From contig WTCE01000107.1 of assembly GCA_013138735.1 (NCBI GenBank), positions 1,771 to 65,770 on the forward strand: DNA of 64,000 bases. Reading direction: 5' to 3'. Shown one piece after another: positions 38,906 through 49,487 of the stretch (position 1 is the stretch's first letter; every line of letters begins with the position of its first letter). The position numbers and the translations under genes were made by a program. Source of the DNA: Crocinitomix sp. (lineage in GTDB: Bacteria > Bacteroidota > Bacteroidia > Flavobacteriales_D > Crocinitomicaceae). The notes under the pieces are model-generated. The model did not search any database. It was not told the DNA's origin and saw only the letters and a list, made by a program, of their open reading frames with translations.

Positions 38906-40747
38906 ATGCGTTTATTGAGCACGGTTATTTTGTTTACATCCCTTTGCACAAATGCAATCGCACAAACATCAGATTTATTAATCTACGAGGCGGTACAGAA
39001 AGCACCTTTGGATGCTGAAAATTCTGAATTGGATGAAGTTCTCGATTTGTTTTACACCTACTTGAAAGTTGGATCAAGAAGCGAACAAGACTCTATTTAT
39101 GAAATATTTAATTTGCAACGCAATTTAATCCATTCACAGCAGGATTCGGCTTATAGCTTTTATTGTTTGGGATATCTCGAACTGAAAAAATCAAATTATA
39201 TAGAAGCGCGCTTCTATTTAAATAAAGCTGGAATTTTATTCGATAAAACTGGAGATGTACTAGGCAGTTTATACACTAAAAACCAAATGGCCAACCTCGA
39301 CTATTTCATGAGACGATTGGAAGAATCCTCTAGCCAATATCACGAAATACTACAAAATCCAAATAGAGATTCTACATTAACCGCTACAATGCATCATAAT
39401 ATTGGCTGTTTAATGCTCGAGCTCGATTATGAAGAATATGGCTCTGATGACGAAACAATAAGTCAAAAGAAACTAAACGAAATAGCGGGCCATTTTGACG
39501 AGTCGCTACGTATTAATAAAATTTTGAAAAATGAAAAAGAAATGTCAGGCACTTACGGTGTCTACCTAAACGTTAAAATATTTCAGCATGATTTTGCAGG
39601 TGCGCAAATGGTTTTAGATTCAAGTGAGGCAATTGCTTTCAGAAATAATGATATTGGACGCCAAGCATTTTTAAACATTAAAAAGGCCATGCTTTATGAC
39701 ACCTTGGGGTATCATCAAATGGCAATTGACACAGCACAAAAAGCCGCCGAACATTATAATTCAACAGAAAATTTCGCTCAAGAAATACATGCTTTAACTT
39801 ATGTTTATAGAGCAAATTACAAGCTAGAAAGGTTTCAAGAAGCTGCTGATGCCATTTTTAAAATGAATCAACTCGGGCAAAAACGCCTTGACAAAGAGTT
39901 AACGACGAGTTTAACCAAATTTGAAGCCGAATTTGAAACTGAGAAAAAATCGCTTGAACTGGAAAGAAAGCAGGCCCAATTAGAGCAAGAAAAATTGAGC
40001 AATTACAATAAGAATATTCTAATCGTAACGATTATCATTATTGCCATCTCTTTACTACTAGTGGTACTCTTAATTCAACAGAAAAGAAAAAGACGTTTGC
40101 TTGAAAAACAAGCAAACGAAACGATCCGCATAAAAGAGCAATCTCTACAATCTATTATTCAAGCACAAGAAAATGAACGTCAGCGAATTGCAAAAGACTT
40201 ACATGATAGTATTGTTCAACAATTGGGAAGTCTAAAAATAAGGCTTTCAAGCACTTTTTTAAATCGCAATATATCGGATGATTTTTCAATTGAATTATTG
40301 GAAAAAACAACCTCAGAATTAAGAGAATTATCCCACCGGATGATGCCAAAATCATTAGAAGAATTGGGATTAATTGCAGCGGTAGAGGATACGTTGTCCA
40401 TCAGTTTTGACCTAACCGCAATAAAATATACGTTTGATTGTTTTGGTGTTGTGGGTCGTTTGCCTCAAAAGCTGGAGATTACCATTTTCAGAATTTTACA
40501 AGAATTGATCAATAATATTATTAAACATAGTCAGGCAAGCGAGGTTAGTGTTCAAATCATCAAAAACCAATCGCATACAATCGTAATTGTAGAAGACAAT
40601 GGTGTAGGATTTTCGATTAAAAGTGACAAGAGCGGAATAGGTTTACTTAATATAAACAGCAGGTTGGACTCGGTAGATGGTAGTGTGAATTTTGAGCCTT
40701 CTGTTGAAAGTGGAACGTTAGTCACGATTAGAATTCCTAATGAATAG
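38906..40747 (+). CDS. Sensor histidine kinase (helical/TPR periplasmic domain, HisKA_3 + HATPase)
   Basis: ERQRIAKDLHDSIVQQL; QELINNIIKHS; EDNGVGF; GIGLLNI. Confidence 0.92.
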   Translation: MRLLSTVILFTSLCTNAIAQTSDLLIYEAVQKAPLDAENSELDEVLDLFYTYLKVGSRSEQDSIYEIFNLQRNLIHSQQDSAYSFYCLGYLELKKSNYIEARFYLNKAGILFDKTGDVLGSLYTKNQMANLDYFMRRLEESSSQYHEILQNPNRDSTLTATMHHNIGCLMLELDYEEYGSDDETISQKKLNEIAGHFDESLRINKILKNEKEMSGTYGVYLNVKIFQHDFAGAQMVLDSSEAIAFRNNDIGRQAFLNIKKAMLYDTLGYHQMAIDTAQKAAEHYNSTENFAQEIHALTYVYRANYKLERFQEAADAIFKMNQLGQKRLDKELTTSLTKFEAEFETEKKSLELERKQAQLEQEKLSNYNKNILIVTIIIIAISLLLVVLLIQQKRKRRLLEKQANETIRIKEQSLQSIIQAQENERQRIAKDLHDSIVQQLGSLKIRLSSTFLNRNISDDFSIELLEKTTSELRELSHRMMPKSLEELGLIAAVEDTLSISFDLTAIKYTFDCFGVVGRLPQKLEITIFRILQELINNIIKHSQASEVSVQIIKNQSHTIVIVEDNGVGFSIKSDKSGIGLLNINSRLDSVDGSVNFEPSVESGTLVTIRIPNE

Positions 40748-40758
40748 GCCAACAATAT

Positions 40759-41250
40759 TTGAAACGCAAAATGAATCCGTCTAAAATTGAAATATCATAT
40801 ACAGAGCTTAAGTCGGTTTATAGCCAAGTACTTTCATTTGTGCATAAGGAAGCACCCTGGGATAAAAACACTAACGCAACGACTCAAATTGAGAATGATT
40901 TAGAGCTGATAGGTTGGGACAATGAGTCCTTTTTCGAATCCTTTTCCAATAAATTTACGGTTGATTTTAGTCAAATGGAATACGCTGAATATTTCGATCC
41001 TGAAATGGGTCCTGATTTAGAATCGGTTTTTCATTTTTTCGTTTTTTTGCCCCTTTTTGTGCTAAAAACGTTTATTTTTCTACTTTTTTGGCCATTTTCT
41101 AGTGAAATAGCGTCAAAAATTCGTAATTTCTCATTTATCGCAAATCAAGAGAATCCTAAAAAGGATGTTACTATTGGCGATTTAGTCGTTTCTGTCATAC
41201 AGAAGCGTTTCTCTGAACGGAGGGATTTTAAAATCGAATTAAAACGATAG
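40759..41250 (+). CDS. DUF1493-like protein
   Basis: IENDLELIGWD..SFFESF...FTVDFS....YFDPE...DVTIGDLV pattern. Confidence 0.6.
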   Translation: MKRKMNPSKIEISYTELKSVYSQVLSFVHKEAPWDKNTNATTQIENDLELIGWDNESFFESFSNKFTVDFSQMEYAEYFDPEMGPDLESVFHFFVFLPLFVLKTFIFLLFWPFSSEIASKIRNFSFIANQENPKKDVTIGDLVVSVIQKRFSERRDFKIELKR

Positions 41251-41258
41251 GTACATTA

Positions 41259-42206
41259 TTGGCCTCAATACTTATGAAGAATTGTGTTTATATCTTGGCT
41301 CTCAGTAGCTTTTTGTTCGGATGTTATTCGGGCAACTCAAATGAAAATAATTCCACCGGTTGGGAATCTGCTAATGGTACTAATTGCATTCTAGCGGTTG
41401 AAGATTCTATATTTATACAAGCAGAGTTTGAACCCATTGATACTTTTTTTGATCGCTCCTCAATAATAGAACGTCTGCAAACTAAAAAGGAAAATAAACA
41501 TCCTTTAATCGTTCACGTTTATGTGCCGCTTTGCGACAATGAGCATCAAGGAATTGTTCCTACTACTCCTTCTTTAGGAAACGGTATGAGCTTAAAAAGT
41601 AATTTATATTGGGCAACAAGTGGCGGAACAAAAGCCTACTTTAAAAAACAATCCGACTGGAAATTAATTTACGAAGGCTTAGACATTGACACGAATGTTT
41701 TAGAACGGGTAGTATTTGAAAAAAACTATGACGACACAAAAGTTTATTTGGTGGCAGATGCTTATCGTGGCGACAGAATGGAAGAAACGGTGAATGATTA
41801 TTTGGCGGCCATTTCAGGCAATCGACCACAAACAATTTTATTGAAGGATTCGTCAGAAGTAAAAGTGGCAGATGCGGCAGACTTAATCATGTTTAACGGG
41901 CACAATGGTGTCATGGATTATATTGACGTTCAACCTTGGATCAATTTATCTGACAAACGAACAGATATTGTAATGAACGCCTGTGTTTCTTATGGTTATT
42001 TGCAGGAAGAATTTATGTTAGCCGGTGGTTATCCCTTGGTGCGCTCCAATAGTTTGTTATATCCTGGCGCTTATGTTTTAGAACAAATTGTGGACGATTG
42101 GGTGGTGGGAATAGATGAAAAGCAACTTTGTTTAAATGCGGGTGCCACTTATTGCAAAAAACATGATTGTGGTTATGGCACCAAGGTTTATTCAAGTGGA
42201 TGGTAA
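41259..42206 (+). CDS. Hypothetical lipoprotein
   Basis: Lipobox LFGC; long ORF. Confidence 0.75.
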   Translation: MASILMKNCVYILALSSFLFGCYSGNSNENNSTGWESANGTNCILAVEDSIFIQAEFEPIDTFFDRSSIIERLQTKKENKHPLIVHVYVPLCDNEHQGIVPTTPSLGNGMSLKSNLYWATSGGTKAYFKKQSDWKLIYEGLDIDTNVLERVVFEKNYDDTKVYLVADAYRGDRMEETVNDYLAAISGNRPQTILLKDSSEVKVADAADLIMFNGHNGVMDYIDVQPWINLSDKRTDIVMNACVSYGYLQEEFMLAGGYPLVRSNSLLYPGAYVLEQIVDDWVVGIDEKQLCLNAGATYCKKHDCGYGTKVYSSGW

Positions 42207-42208
42207 AA

Positions 42209-42931
42209 TTATTGCATTGGCGACCGAGTTCCTGTTTTCTTAAATTTTGAGAAAAATATCCCTAATGACAAGTAGATTACTGATCCATCAACCACTATGG
42301 TTTGAATTCCTCCACCTAATTCGAATCCTGTCAAAAATTTATCCTTTTGATCGGCGTAATCAAATAATAAAGATGCACCTACCGTCCAAGGCATGTGGCC
42401 TTCTCTCAAACCAAGAAAACTATTTAATCCAAATGTTAACTGCCACTTTTTAGTCTTTCTGCCTTCCGGAGAAATCAATAAAGAAGTAGAGATATAGGGG
42501 ATTACAACTTCTTGAGACACAAATTCATACAAACCAGTGCTGCCATTTTTATGAATAGTTCCAAAATAATTATTAATAAAAATTCCTTCTTTGAACTTAA
42601 TTGCAAAAAGATCTTTGACAAGGGAAAATTTTTGATCCAAAGAAATTTGACCGTAAAACACACGGTCAACCCAATCGGGCTTGGTTGAATTAATATTAAA
42701 GTCCGCTGATGTTCCAAAAGTAAACTTATCTGTTACTCCAATTCTTCCCCCTATGCCAGTACCAAAATTATATTCAGTCCCCAAACCGCCGCCAACATTT
42801 CCTGTTGCATAAGTCAAGATTTCTGCTTCATTTTCATCCAACATCACAGCACGATCAGCTGAATGCACGTTCATCATACAGCTTGACAAAATTATACTAA
42901 TAATAGGCAGTATTAGTAAACACTTTTTCAT
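42209..42931 (-). CDS. Hypothetical lipoprotein / beta-strand-rich outer-membrane protein
   Basis: MKK...LSSC; amphipathic beta-strands. Confidence 0.7.
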   Translation of the reverse strand: MKKCLLILPIISIILSSCMMNVHSADRAVMLDENEAEILTYATGNVGGGLGTEYNFGTGIGGRIGVTDKFTFGTSADFNINSTKPDWVDRVFYGQISLDQKFSLVKDLFAIKFKEGIFINNYFGTIHKNGSTGLYEFVSQEVVIPYISTSLLISPEGRKTKKWQLTFGLNSFLGLREGHMPWTVGASLLFDYADQKDKFLTGFELGGGIQTIVVDGSVIYLSLGIFFSKFKKTGTRSPMQ

Positions 42932-42960
42932 ATCAGGTTGCTTTATTCCCTACAAGATAT

Positions 42961-42992
42961 AAAAAAGGTGCTAATCAAAGATCAGCACCTTT
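42961..42992 (-). terminator. Intrinsic terminator
   Basis: AAAGGTGCT / AGCACCTTT stem with a T-tract on the minus strand. Confidence 0.7.
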
Positions 42993-43015
42993 AATAATAA
43001 ACAGAGTTGTAAAAT

Positions 43016-45046
43016 TTAATCCTTTATGATCTTTATAACTTGATTTCCTTCGCTAGTAATAACTTCTAGAAAGTAAATTCCTTTTTCACCTTTAATATTC
43101 AACTGAAGTGTGTTAGAATCATTCTCAAATTCTTGTAACATTTTTCCTTCTACATTGGTAATTCGAATTAGAACCGTTCCAGTATTCTCAGTAAATATTA
43201 GGTTAATCTCACCTTGCGTAGGATTAGGATAAACTGTAAATAAGTTTGCTGTGTTTTCAAAAATCGATACACCACTAATATTCACACAAGCAGAAGTATC
43301 TACACATTCTCCTTTCGTTAACTCAACGGCATAATTTCCATCCATTAAGGCTTCAAAGCTTATTCCTGTCTCACCATCAATAACGGCATAATCAGCATCA
43401 CAATCTAACCATTGATAAGCAGCTGCGTCTGCATCATCTGCAGTAATCGTAAATCCGTCTAGTGTTGTTCCATTATCAATTACAATAAAGCTCACATTAA
43501 TTGATTCTGTTTGCTCACAGCCATTATCATCAATAACTGTTACTGTATATTCATCTGATACAACAACAGGGTTAATTTGTGTCGCTGGTCCATCCTCCCA
43601 ACTATAAGATGCAAAGTCATCACCAGCATCAATCAAAACCGTATCATCACATGAAGTAATGTCGTCTCCTAAATATAGTTCTGGGCTAAAATCATAAACA
43701 TCAACAGTAGATGTAATTAAACTATCACATCCATAAGTTACAGTTTCAAAAATGCTTGTATTGATAATAGTTTCAGTGATTACTTCAACCGAGCCATCAG
43801 GAAAGGTATAACTTGTTCCAGAGCAAACTACTTCTGCTAGTTCAATCGCATAAATTGGCGCAACGATCACCTCAATTGAACCTTCTTGAAAACAACCTTC
43901 ATCATCTGTCACCGTAATTGAATACGTACCAGATGCATCAACCGTTTCTAGTTGATCTTCTCCGCCTGAACTCCAATCGTAAATGGCATATCCTTCACCA
44001 GCATCTAATATTGCTTCAACACAACCAATAACTTCTTCATCCAAATCTAACAGGGGTCCTGGTTCAAATACTACTGGAAGTTCAACCCCAATTGTAGGTG
44101 GAAATTCGGCATATTTTCTAACACGAACCCAATCCAAGTTCATTGATCCTGAACCTGATGATATTCCACCAAGCAATAAACGTAAGTCTTCATCTTTAGC
44201 ATACAAACTGTTGTCAGTTGTAATTTCGCCTACAGTTGGAAAATCAGCAATTAAATCCCCTGTTGCGCGCCAAGTAAAAGACCAAAGTCCTTCAGAGCTT
44301 GTGTAAGTTTCTAATATAGATGCCCAGTTATGTCCAGAACACCAATCCGTTCCACCACCAGTTAAAGAAATTCTGGCTTGACTTCCATTTGTCATTAAAC
44401 CATAGTTCTTTTTCGTGGTTTCTCTTGCCCAATAAATAGCAGGCCATGTTCCACTAACACCGTTTGACATCATTTCAGCCGTATAGATTTCCTCCATTGG
44501 AAAAGTCATTGCTGTCCCAATCATACCGCTGCTTCCCCATGATAAGTTTAAATTCCCTCCAGAAACAGTTGAGTCTGATATACTCCCGCACATGTATTCA
44601 AATCCTGTATATTCATCATCAAATCCCGCCCAAAATGTAAAAGTACACGCAGCATCAGAAACTGCTTCAGCGCCACTATTTCCAAAAAACGCATAAATTG
44701 TTTCGGTAGCTGCTGCATCAATTAAAGGAATATTAACCCAAATTACAGTACTTGCCGTGTTAATCCCACTCTCTATAAAATAGCAAAGTTGATCGCAACA
44801 GCCATCTGCTGTAAAACGAATATCACTTCCGTCAGATTCCATTTCACCCAAGGCAATTGGAGTTGCGGTATCAAATATTAATTGAATTTGATAATCTGTT
44901 AATTCGCTCCCAGCTGTATTGTCAATTGTAATAGGAACTTTGTTTGTCCAGTCAGTGAGACAGGTTTGACTTTGACCAGCAAAGTTCATAAAAACTATGC
45001 TCAGTAGTGCTAGCATTAGTTTTGTCGATAGTAATGTTGTTTTCAT
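43016..45046 (-). CDS. T9SS cargo: DUF2341-like N-terminus, Ig-like repeats, type A CTD
   Basis: KVPITIDNTAG.ELTDYQI...DGSDIRF...IWVNIP; YDWSSG repeats; VYPNPTQG...GIYFLEV. Confidence 0.85.
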   Translation of the reverse strand: MKTTLLSTKLMLALLSIVFMNFAGQSQTCLTDWTNKVPITIDNTAGSELTDYQIQLIFDTATPIALGEMESDGSDIRFTADGCCDQLCYFIESGINTASTVIWVNIPLIDAAATETIYAFFGNSGAEAVSDAACTFTFWAGFDDEYTGFEYMCGSISDSTVSGGNLNLSWGSSGMIGTAMTFPMEEIYTAEMMSNGVSGTWPAIYWARETTKKNYGLMTNGSQARISLTGGGTDWCSGHNWASILETYTSSEGLWSFTWRATGDLIADFPTVGEITTDNSLYAKDEDLRLLLGGISSGSGSMNLDWVRVRKYAEFPPTIGVELPVVFEPGPLLDLDEEVIGCVEAILDAGEGYAIYDWSSGGEDQLETVDASGTYSITVTDDEGCFQEGSIEVIVAPIYAIELAEVVCSGTSYTFPDGSVEVITETIINTSIFETVTYGCDSLITSTVDVYDFSPELYLGDDITSCDDTVLIDAGDDFASYSWEDGPATQINPVVVSDEYTVTVIDDNGCEQTESINVSFIVIDNGTTLDGFTITADDADAAAYQWLDCDADYAVIDGETGISFEALMDGNYAVELTKGECVDTSACVNISGVSIFENTANLFTVYPNPTQGEINLIFTENTGTVLIRITNVEGKMLQEFENDSNTLQLNIKGEKGIYFLEVITSEGNQVIKIIKD

Positions 45047-45254
45047 AGCTTAAATCTTGTTATTCATAACAAAAATATGTAATATTTTTCTAAGATAATG
45101 CCATTTCTAAATTGCATTACTAAAATGTCTGCTAAAACAGTTTCCGAAGTAACAATAAAATGCCGTTCATAGCAAATAATCGACAATTCACCACATTTAT
45201 TAAAAAACCTCCCTTTTTTCTTTGTTTTTCATCATTTAATCGAGACTAAAATAA

Positions 45255-45262
45255 TACCTTTG
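45255..45262 (+). promoter_or_regulatory. Bacteroidota sigma-70 -7 element (TAnnTTTG) upstream of purH
   Basis: TACCTTTG, 35 nt before the ATG. Confidence 0.6.
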
Positions 45263-45297
45263 CAACTTCTAGTAACTGAACTGATTTAAGACAAGAA

Positions 45298-46827
45298 ATG
45301 GCGGATAGAAAAAGGATCAAAAACGCATTGATTTCGGTATTTGACAAAACCGGCTTAGATGACATTGCCAAAGCATTGGATGCGCAAGGAGTAAAGATCT
45401 TCTCAACAGGAGGAACTCAAAAATTTATTGAGGCTTTAGGAATTCAAGTTGAGCGTGTTGAAGACCTCACATCTTACCCATCAATTTTAGGTGGGCGTGT
45501 TAAAACATTACACCCAAAAGTTTTTGGTGGAATTTTAGCGCGAAGAGATCATGAACAAGATCAAATTCAAACAGCTGAATATAATATTCCAGAATTGGAT
45601 GTTGTTATTGTAGATCTTTATCCATTTGAGGCGACGGTTGCTTCTGGGGCAGATCATGCAGATATTATTGAAAAAATTGATATCGGCGGAATTTCTTTGA
45701 TTAGAGCTGCTGCAAAAAATTATAAGGATGTTGTGATCATTCCTTCAAAAAATCAATACGGTGATTTTTTGAATATCATTACAGATAGTGACGAAGGCAC
45801 AACAATGGATGAGCGTAAGGAATTTGCTTCGGCAGCTTTTGAAGTTTCATCTCATTACGACACAAATATCTTTAACTACTTTAACCAAGGAGAAAAAGAT
45901 ATTTTCAAAGCAAGCATTTCACAATCCTCCATATTACGATACGGAGAAAACCCGCATCAAAAAGGTGTTTTTTATGGTGACATGGATGCCATGTTTGAAA
46001 AATTGCATGGGAAAGCACTTTCTTACAATAATCTTTTAGATGTTGATGCAGCCGTACAACTGATGGCCGATTTCAAAAACGAGAAGCCAACATTTGCAAT
46101 TCTTAAACACAATAATGCATGTGGTTTAGCAACGCGCGACACATTGGCAGAAGCCTATGCAGACGCTTTAGCGGGTGACCCGGTTTCGGCATTTGGTGGG
46201 ATTTTAATTTCGAACACAATTATTGATGCGGCAACTGCCAATCAAATTCACGAATTATTTTGTGAGGTTGTAATCGCACCTGGTTATGATGCTGATGCAC
46301 TTGAAATTTTAAAAGGAAAGAAAAACCGTGTCCTTCTCATTCAAAAAGAAGTTGAATTGCCAACAAAACAATTCAGAACCATTTTAAATGGTGTTTTAGA
46401 ACAAGACAAAGACACAATTACAGATATAAAAGAAAATTTTGAAGCACGAACAACAGCGACCCCTACGGCGCAGGAGTTAATTGATTTAGAATTTGCAAAT
46501 AAATTAGTAAAACATACCAAATCAAACACGATTGTATTGGCAAAAAATGGTCAATTATTCGCAAGTGGTGCGGGACAAACTTCCAGAGTAGACGCTTTAA
46601 ACCAAGCGATACACAAAGCACAATCATTTAAATTTGACCTAAATGGAGCCGTTATGGCCTCTGATGCATTTTTCCCTTTTCCGGATTGTGTAGAAATTGC
46701 GCATAACGCTGGAATTACTGCTGTAGTTCAGCCAGGTGGGTCAATCAAAGATGAATTATCGATTGCCTATTGTGACACTGTTGGAATGAGTATGGTATTT
46801 ACAGGTAACAGACATTTTAAACATTAA
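45298..46827 (+). CDS. purH: Bifunctional AICAR transformylase / IMP cyclohydrolase
   Basis: ALISVFDKTG, GRVKTLHPKV, IDIGGISL, RYGENPHQ, KHNNACG, ASDAFFPF. Confidence 0.97.
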   Translation: MADRKRIKNALISVFDKTGLDDIAKALDAQGVKIFSTGGTQKFIEALGIQVERVEDLTSYPSILGGRVKTLHPKVFGGILARRDHEQDQIQTAEYNIPELDVVIVDLYPFEATVASGADHADIIEKIDIGGISLIRAAAKNYKDVVIIPSKNQYGDFLNIITDSDEGTTMDERKEFASAAFEVSSHYDTNIFNYFNQGEKDIFKASISQSSILRYGENPHQKGVFYGDMDAMFEKLHGKALSYNNLLDVDAAVQLMADFKNEKPTFAILKHNNACGLATRDTLAEAYADALAGDPVSAFGGILISNTIIDAATANQIHELFCEVVIAPGYDADALEILKGKKNRVLLIQKEVELPTKQFRTILNGVLEQDKDTITDIKENFEARTTATPTAQELIDLEFANKLVKHTKSNTIVLAKNGQLFASGAGQTSRVDALNQAIHKAQSFKFDLNGAVMASDAFFPFPDCVEIAHNAGITAVVQPGGSIKDELSIAYCDTVGMSMVFTGNRHFKH

Positions 46828-46927
46828 CAAACAAAATCCTTTTAGAAACAGACAATTCAGTAACTTTTTTACGAAAACACAGTACACTAAAGGATTAAAC
46901 CACGAATAACAGAAATAATATTGTCGA

Positions 46928-47953
46928 ATGGGACTATTTGATTTTTTTACACGCGAAATTGCGATCGATTTGGGTACAGCCAATACGCTTATCATTATGA
47001 ATGATAAGGTTGTGGTAGATGAACCTTCAATTGTAGCAAAAGACATTCAATCTGGGGCAATTGTTGCCATTGGAAAAACCGCGCAGCAAATGCACGGTAA
47101 AACGCATAAATTAATCGAAACCATTAGGCCCCTGAAAGATGGCGTAATTGCTGATTTTGAATCGGCCGAACAAATGATTCGCGGAATGATCAAAATGATT
47201 CATACGGGAAATCGACTCATTACACCTTCGTTAAGAATGGTAATTTGTATTCCATCAGGAATTACTGAAGTAGAAAAAAGAGCGGTAAGAGATAGTGCAG
47301 AGCATGCTGGAGCGAAGGAAGTATTTTTGATTCACGAACCAATGGCAGCTGCTATTGGAATTGGAATTGATGTAGAGGAGCCAATGGGAAATATGATTAT
47401 TGATATAGGTGGTGGAACATCTGAAATTGCAGTAATCGCATTGGGTGGAATTGTTTGTGATAAATCAATTCGTGTTGCTGGTGATGATTTTACTACTGAC
47501 ATTGAAGAATATATGCGTCGTCAACACAACATCCTTGTTGGGGAACGCACAGCTGAGCAAATTAAAATTGAAGTAGGTTCTGCTTTAACTGATTTAGGTG
47601 ATAAAGCTCCACCACCGTTCGCGGTTCGTGGACGAGATTTAATGACGGGTATTCCAAAAGAAATCTCTATTACTTATTCAGAAGTTGCGCATGCACTAGA
47701 TAAAAGTATTTCTAAAATTGAAGAAGCTATTTTAACTGCCTTGGAAATGACGCCGCCAGAACTTTCTGCGGATATCTATAAAACTGGTATTTACTTAGCT
47801 GGTGGAGGTTCAATGTTAAGAGGTTTGGATATTCGAATTTCAGAAAAAACGAAATTGCCAATTCATATTGCTGAAGATCCACTAAGAGCTGTTGCTAGAG
47901 GAACAAGTATTGCTTTAAAGAATATTGGACGTTTCCAATTCTTAATGCGATAA
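46928..47953 (+). CDS. mreB: Rod shape-determining actin-like protein
   Basis: AIDLGTANT, EPMAAAIG, DIGGGTSE, LAGGGS. Confidence 0.97.
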   Translation: MGLFDFFTREIAIDLGTANTLIIMNDKVVVDEPSIVAKDIQSGAIVAIGKTAQQMHGKTHKLIETIRPLKDGVIADFESAEQMIRGMIKMIHTGNRLITPSLRMVICIPSGITEVEKRAVRDSAEHAGAKEVFLIHEPMAAAIGIGIDVEEPMGNMIIDIGGGTSEIAVIALGGIVCDKSIRVAGDDFTTDIEEYMRRQHNILVGERTAEQIKIEVGSALTDLGDKAPPPFAVRGRDLMTGIPKEISITYSEVAHALDKSISKIEEAILTALEMTPPELSADIYKTGIYLAGGGSMLRGLDIRISEKTKLPIHIAEDPLRAVARGTSIALKNIGRFQFLMR

Positions 47954-47960
47954 AAAACAG

Positions 47961-48106
47961 AAGGGCATTTCGAGGACAGCAAACGCACTTCGAGAGTCTC
48001 AGTGAGCTTGATTCAGGTAATTACCGCTTGATTAGAAATACAAACCCTCTTCAGGAGGAGCTAGGCTCTCATTAAGTAAGGACATTGAGGCACTCGAAAT
48101 GCCCTT
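47961..48106. repeat. REP-like cluster bounded by a perfect 14-bp IR
   Basis: AAGGGCATTTCGAG (47961-47974) / CTCGAAATGCCCTT (48093-48106); internal CACTTCGAGAGTCTCAGTG. Confidence 0.75.
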
Positions 48107-48145
48107 ACGAGTATTAATTAACCAAAAGGTGAATGTTAAAACCAA

Positions 48146-48979
48146 ATGCGAAACTTAATTCAATTCTTAAAGAAATTTAGAACTTTTTTAGTCTTCTTCG
48201 TTCTGCAAGTCTTTGTATTAACGCTTTTTTTTAACAGTAAAGATTACCACCGCTCAAAAATGACCAATACCTCTTCTAGTATTATTGGTTGGTTCGTCGA
48301 AAAGAAACATAACATTGATAAACACTTTAGTTTGTCTGAAGCCAATGAACGCTTAATGGATCATAATGCGGCACTTTTATCGCAGCAGCCCAACAGCTTT
48401 TATGTATTACAAGGCGACACCTATTATGTTAACGACACCCTAAAGAAAGAACAATTTAAATATATTCCAGCAACGGTCATTAACTCCTCCAGTACCAGAC
48501 GTGATAATTATTTTACACTAAATAAAGGAGCGGCACAAGGAATAGAAATTGGCATGGGCGTAATTGCTGATGATGGTGTTATTGGCATTGTGACAGACGT
48601 CTCTAATCATTACGCCATTGTGATGACTATATTAACCGAGAAATCGAACATTAATGTCAAACTACTTAAGAATAATGAATATTGGTTTTTGACCTGGGAT
48701 GGTAAAGACAATGCATACGCACAGATTGATGCTGTCAAACGAGATATTTCTATTGAAATTGGCGATCATGTGGTAACCCGTGGCGGTGGCACTCAGTTTC
48801 CCGAAGGAATTGCTGTTGGAACTATAGCAGAAGTTTTATCAAAAGATGGTGAACAAACCATTGGCTTAAACATAAAATTAGATGTGAATTATAATGCGGT
48901 TTATCATGTTTACGTGGTAAAAAACTTGATGCGAAACGAACAGTTAGAATTGGAGCAAGGCTATTTTGGAGATGAATAA
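48146..48979 (+). CDS. mreC: Rod shape-determining protein MreC
   Basis: N-terminal TM, coiled coil, TLNKG...GIEIGMGVI..GVIGIV, FPEGIAVG; synteny. Confidence 0.95.
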   Translation: MRNLIQFLKKFRTFLVFFVLQVFVLTLFFNSKDYHRSKMTNTSSSIIGWFVEKKHNIDKHFSLSEANERLMDHNAALLSQQPNSFYVLQGDTYYVNDTLKKEQFKYIPATVINSSSTRRDNYFTLNKGAAQGIEIGMGVIADDGVIGIVTDVSNHYAIVMTILTEKSNINVKLLKNNEYWFLTWDGKDNAYAQIDAVKRDISIEIGDHVVTRGGGTQFPEGIAVGTIAEVLSKDGEQTIGLNIKLDVNYNAVYHVYVVKNLMRNEQLELEQGYFGDE

Positions 48980-49487
48980 TACATGGGTTAAATATGGCGC
49001 TTATTTTATCTTGATTGTACTCATTCAGGGTTTGGTCGTGAATAACTTTCAATTCAGTATGTACATCAATCCTATGATCTATCCGGTTATGATTTTGATG
49101 TTGCCATTTGAGCTAAACATTCTAATTACCATGCTTGTGGCATTTGTCTTAGGAATCTCTGTTGATGCCTTTAGCAATACATTTGGATTGAATGCTTCAG
49201 CGGCACTGGTCATTGGATATTTACGCCCAACAGTTTTGAATATAATAAAACCTCGGGATGGTTATGACCCCGTTCTATTGCCCTCTATTCATGATATGGG
49301 CAAATTATGGTTTTTAACTTACGCAGCAGTCTTGCTTTTTATTCATCATTTGTGGTTTTTCATTATAGAAGTGCTCCGTTTTGATCAAATTGGACAAATT
49401 TTACTCAAAACTATCATTAGTCTAACCTTTTCATTGTTTCTCATTATATTATTTCAATATATTTTCTACAAACCGTCTAAGAAATGA
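48972..49487 (+). CDS. mreD: Rod shape-determining protein MreD
   Basis: Multi-TM; GISVDAFSNTFGLNASA; lies between mreC and mrdA. Confidence 0.9.
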   Translation: MNNTWVKYGAYFILIVLIQGLVVNNFQFSMYINPMIYPVMILMLPFELNILITMLVAFVLGISVDAFSNTFGLNASAALVIGYLRPTVLNIIKPRDGYDPVLLPSIHDMGKLWFLTYAAVLLFIHHLWFFIIEVLRFDQIGQILLKTIISLTFSLFLIILFQYIFYKPSKK

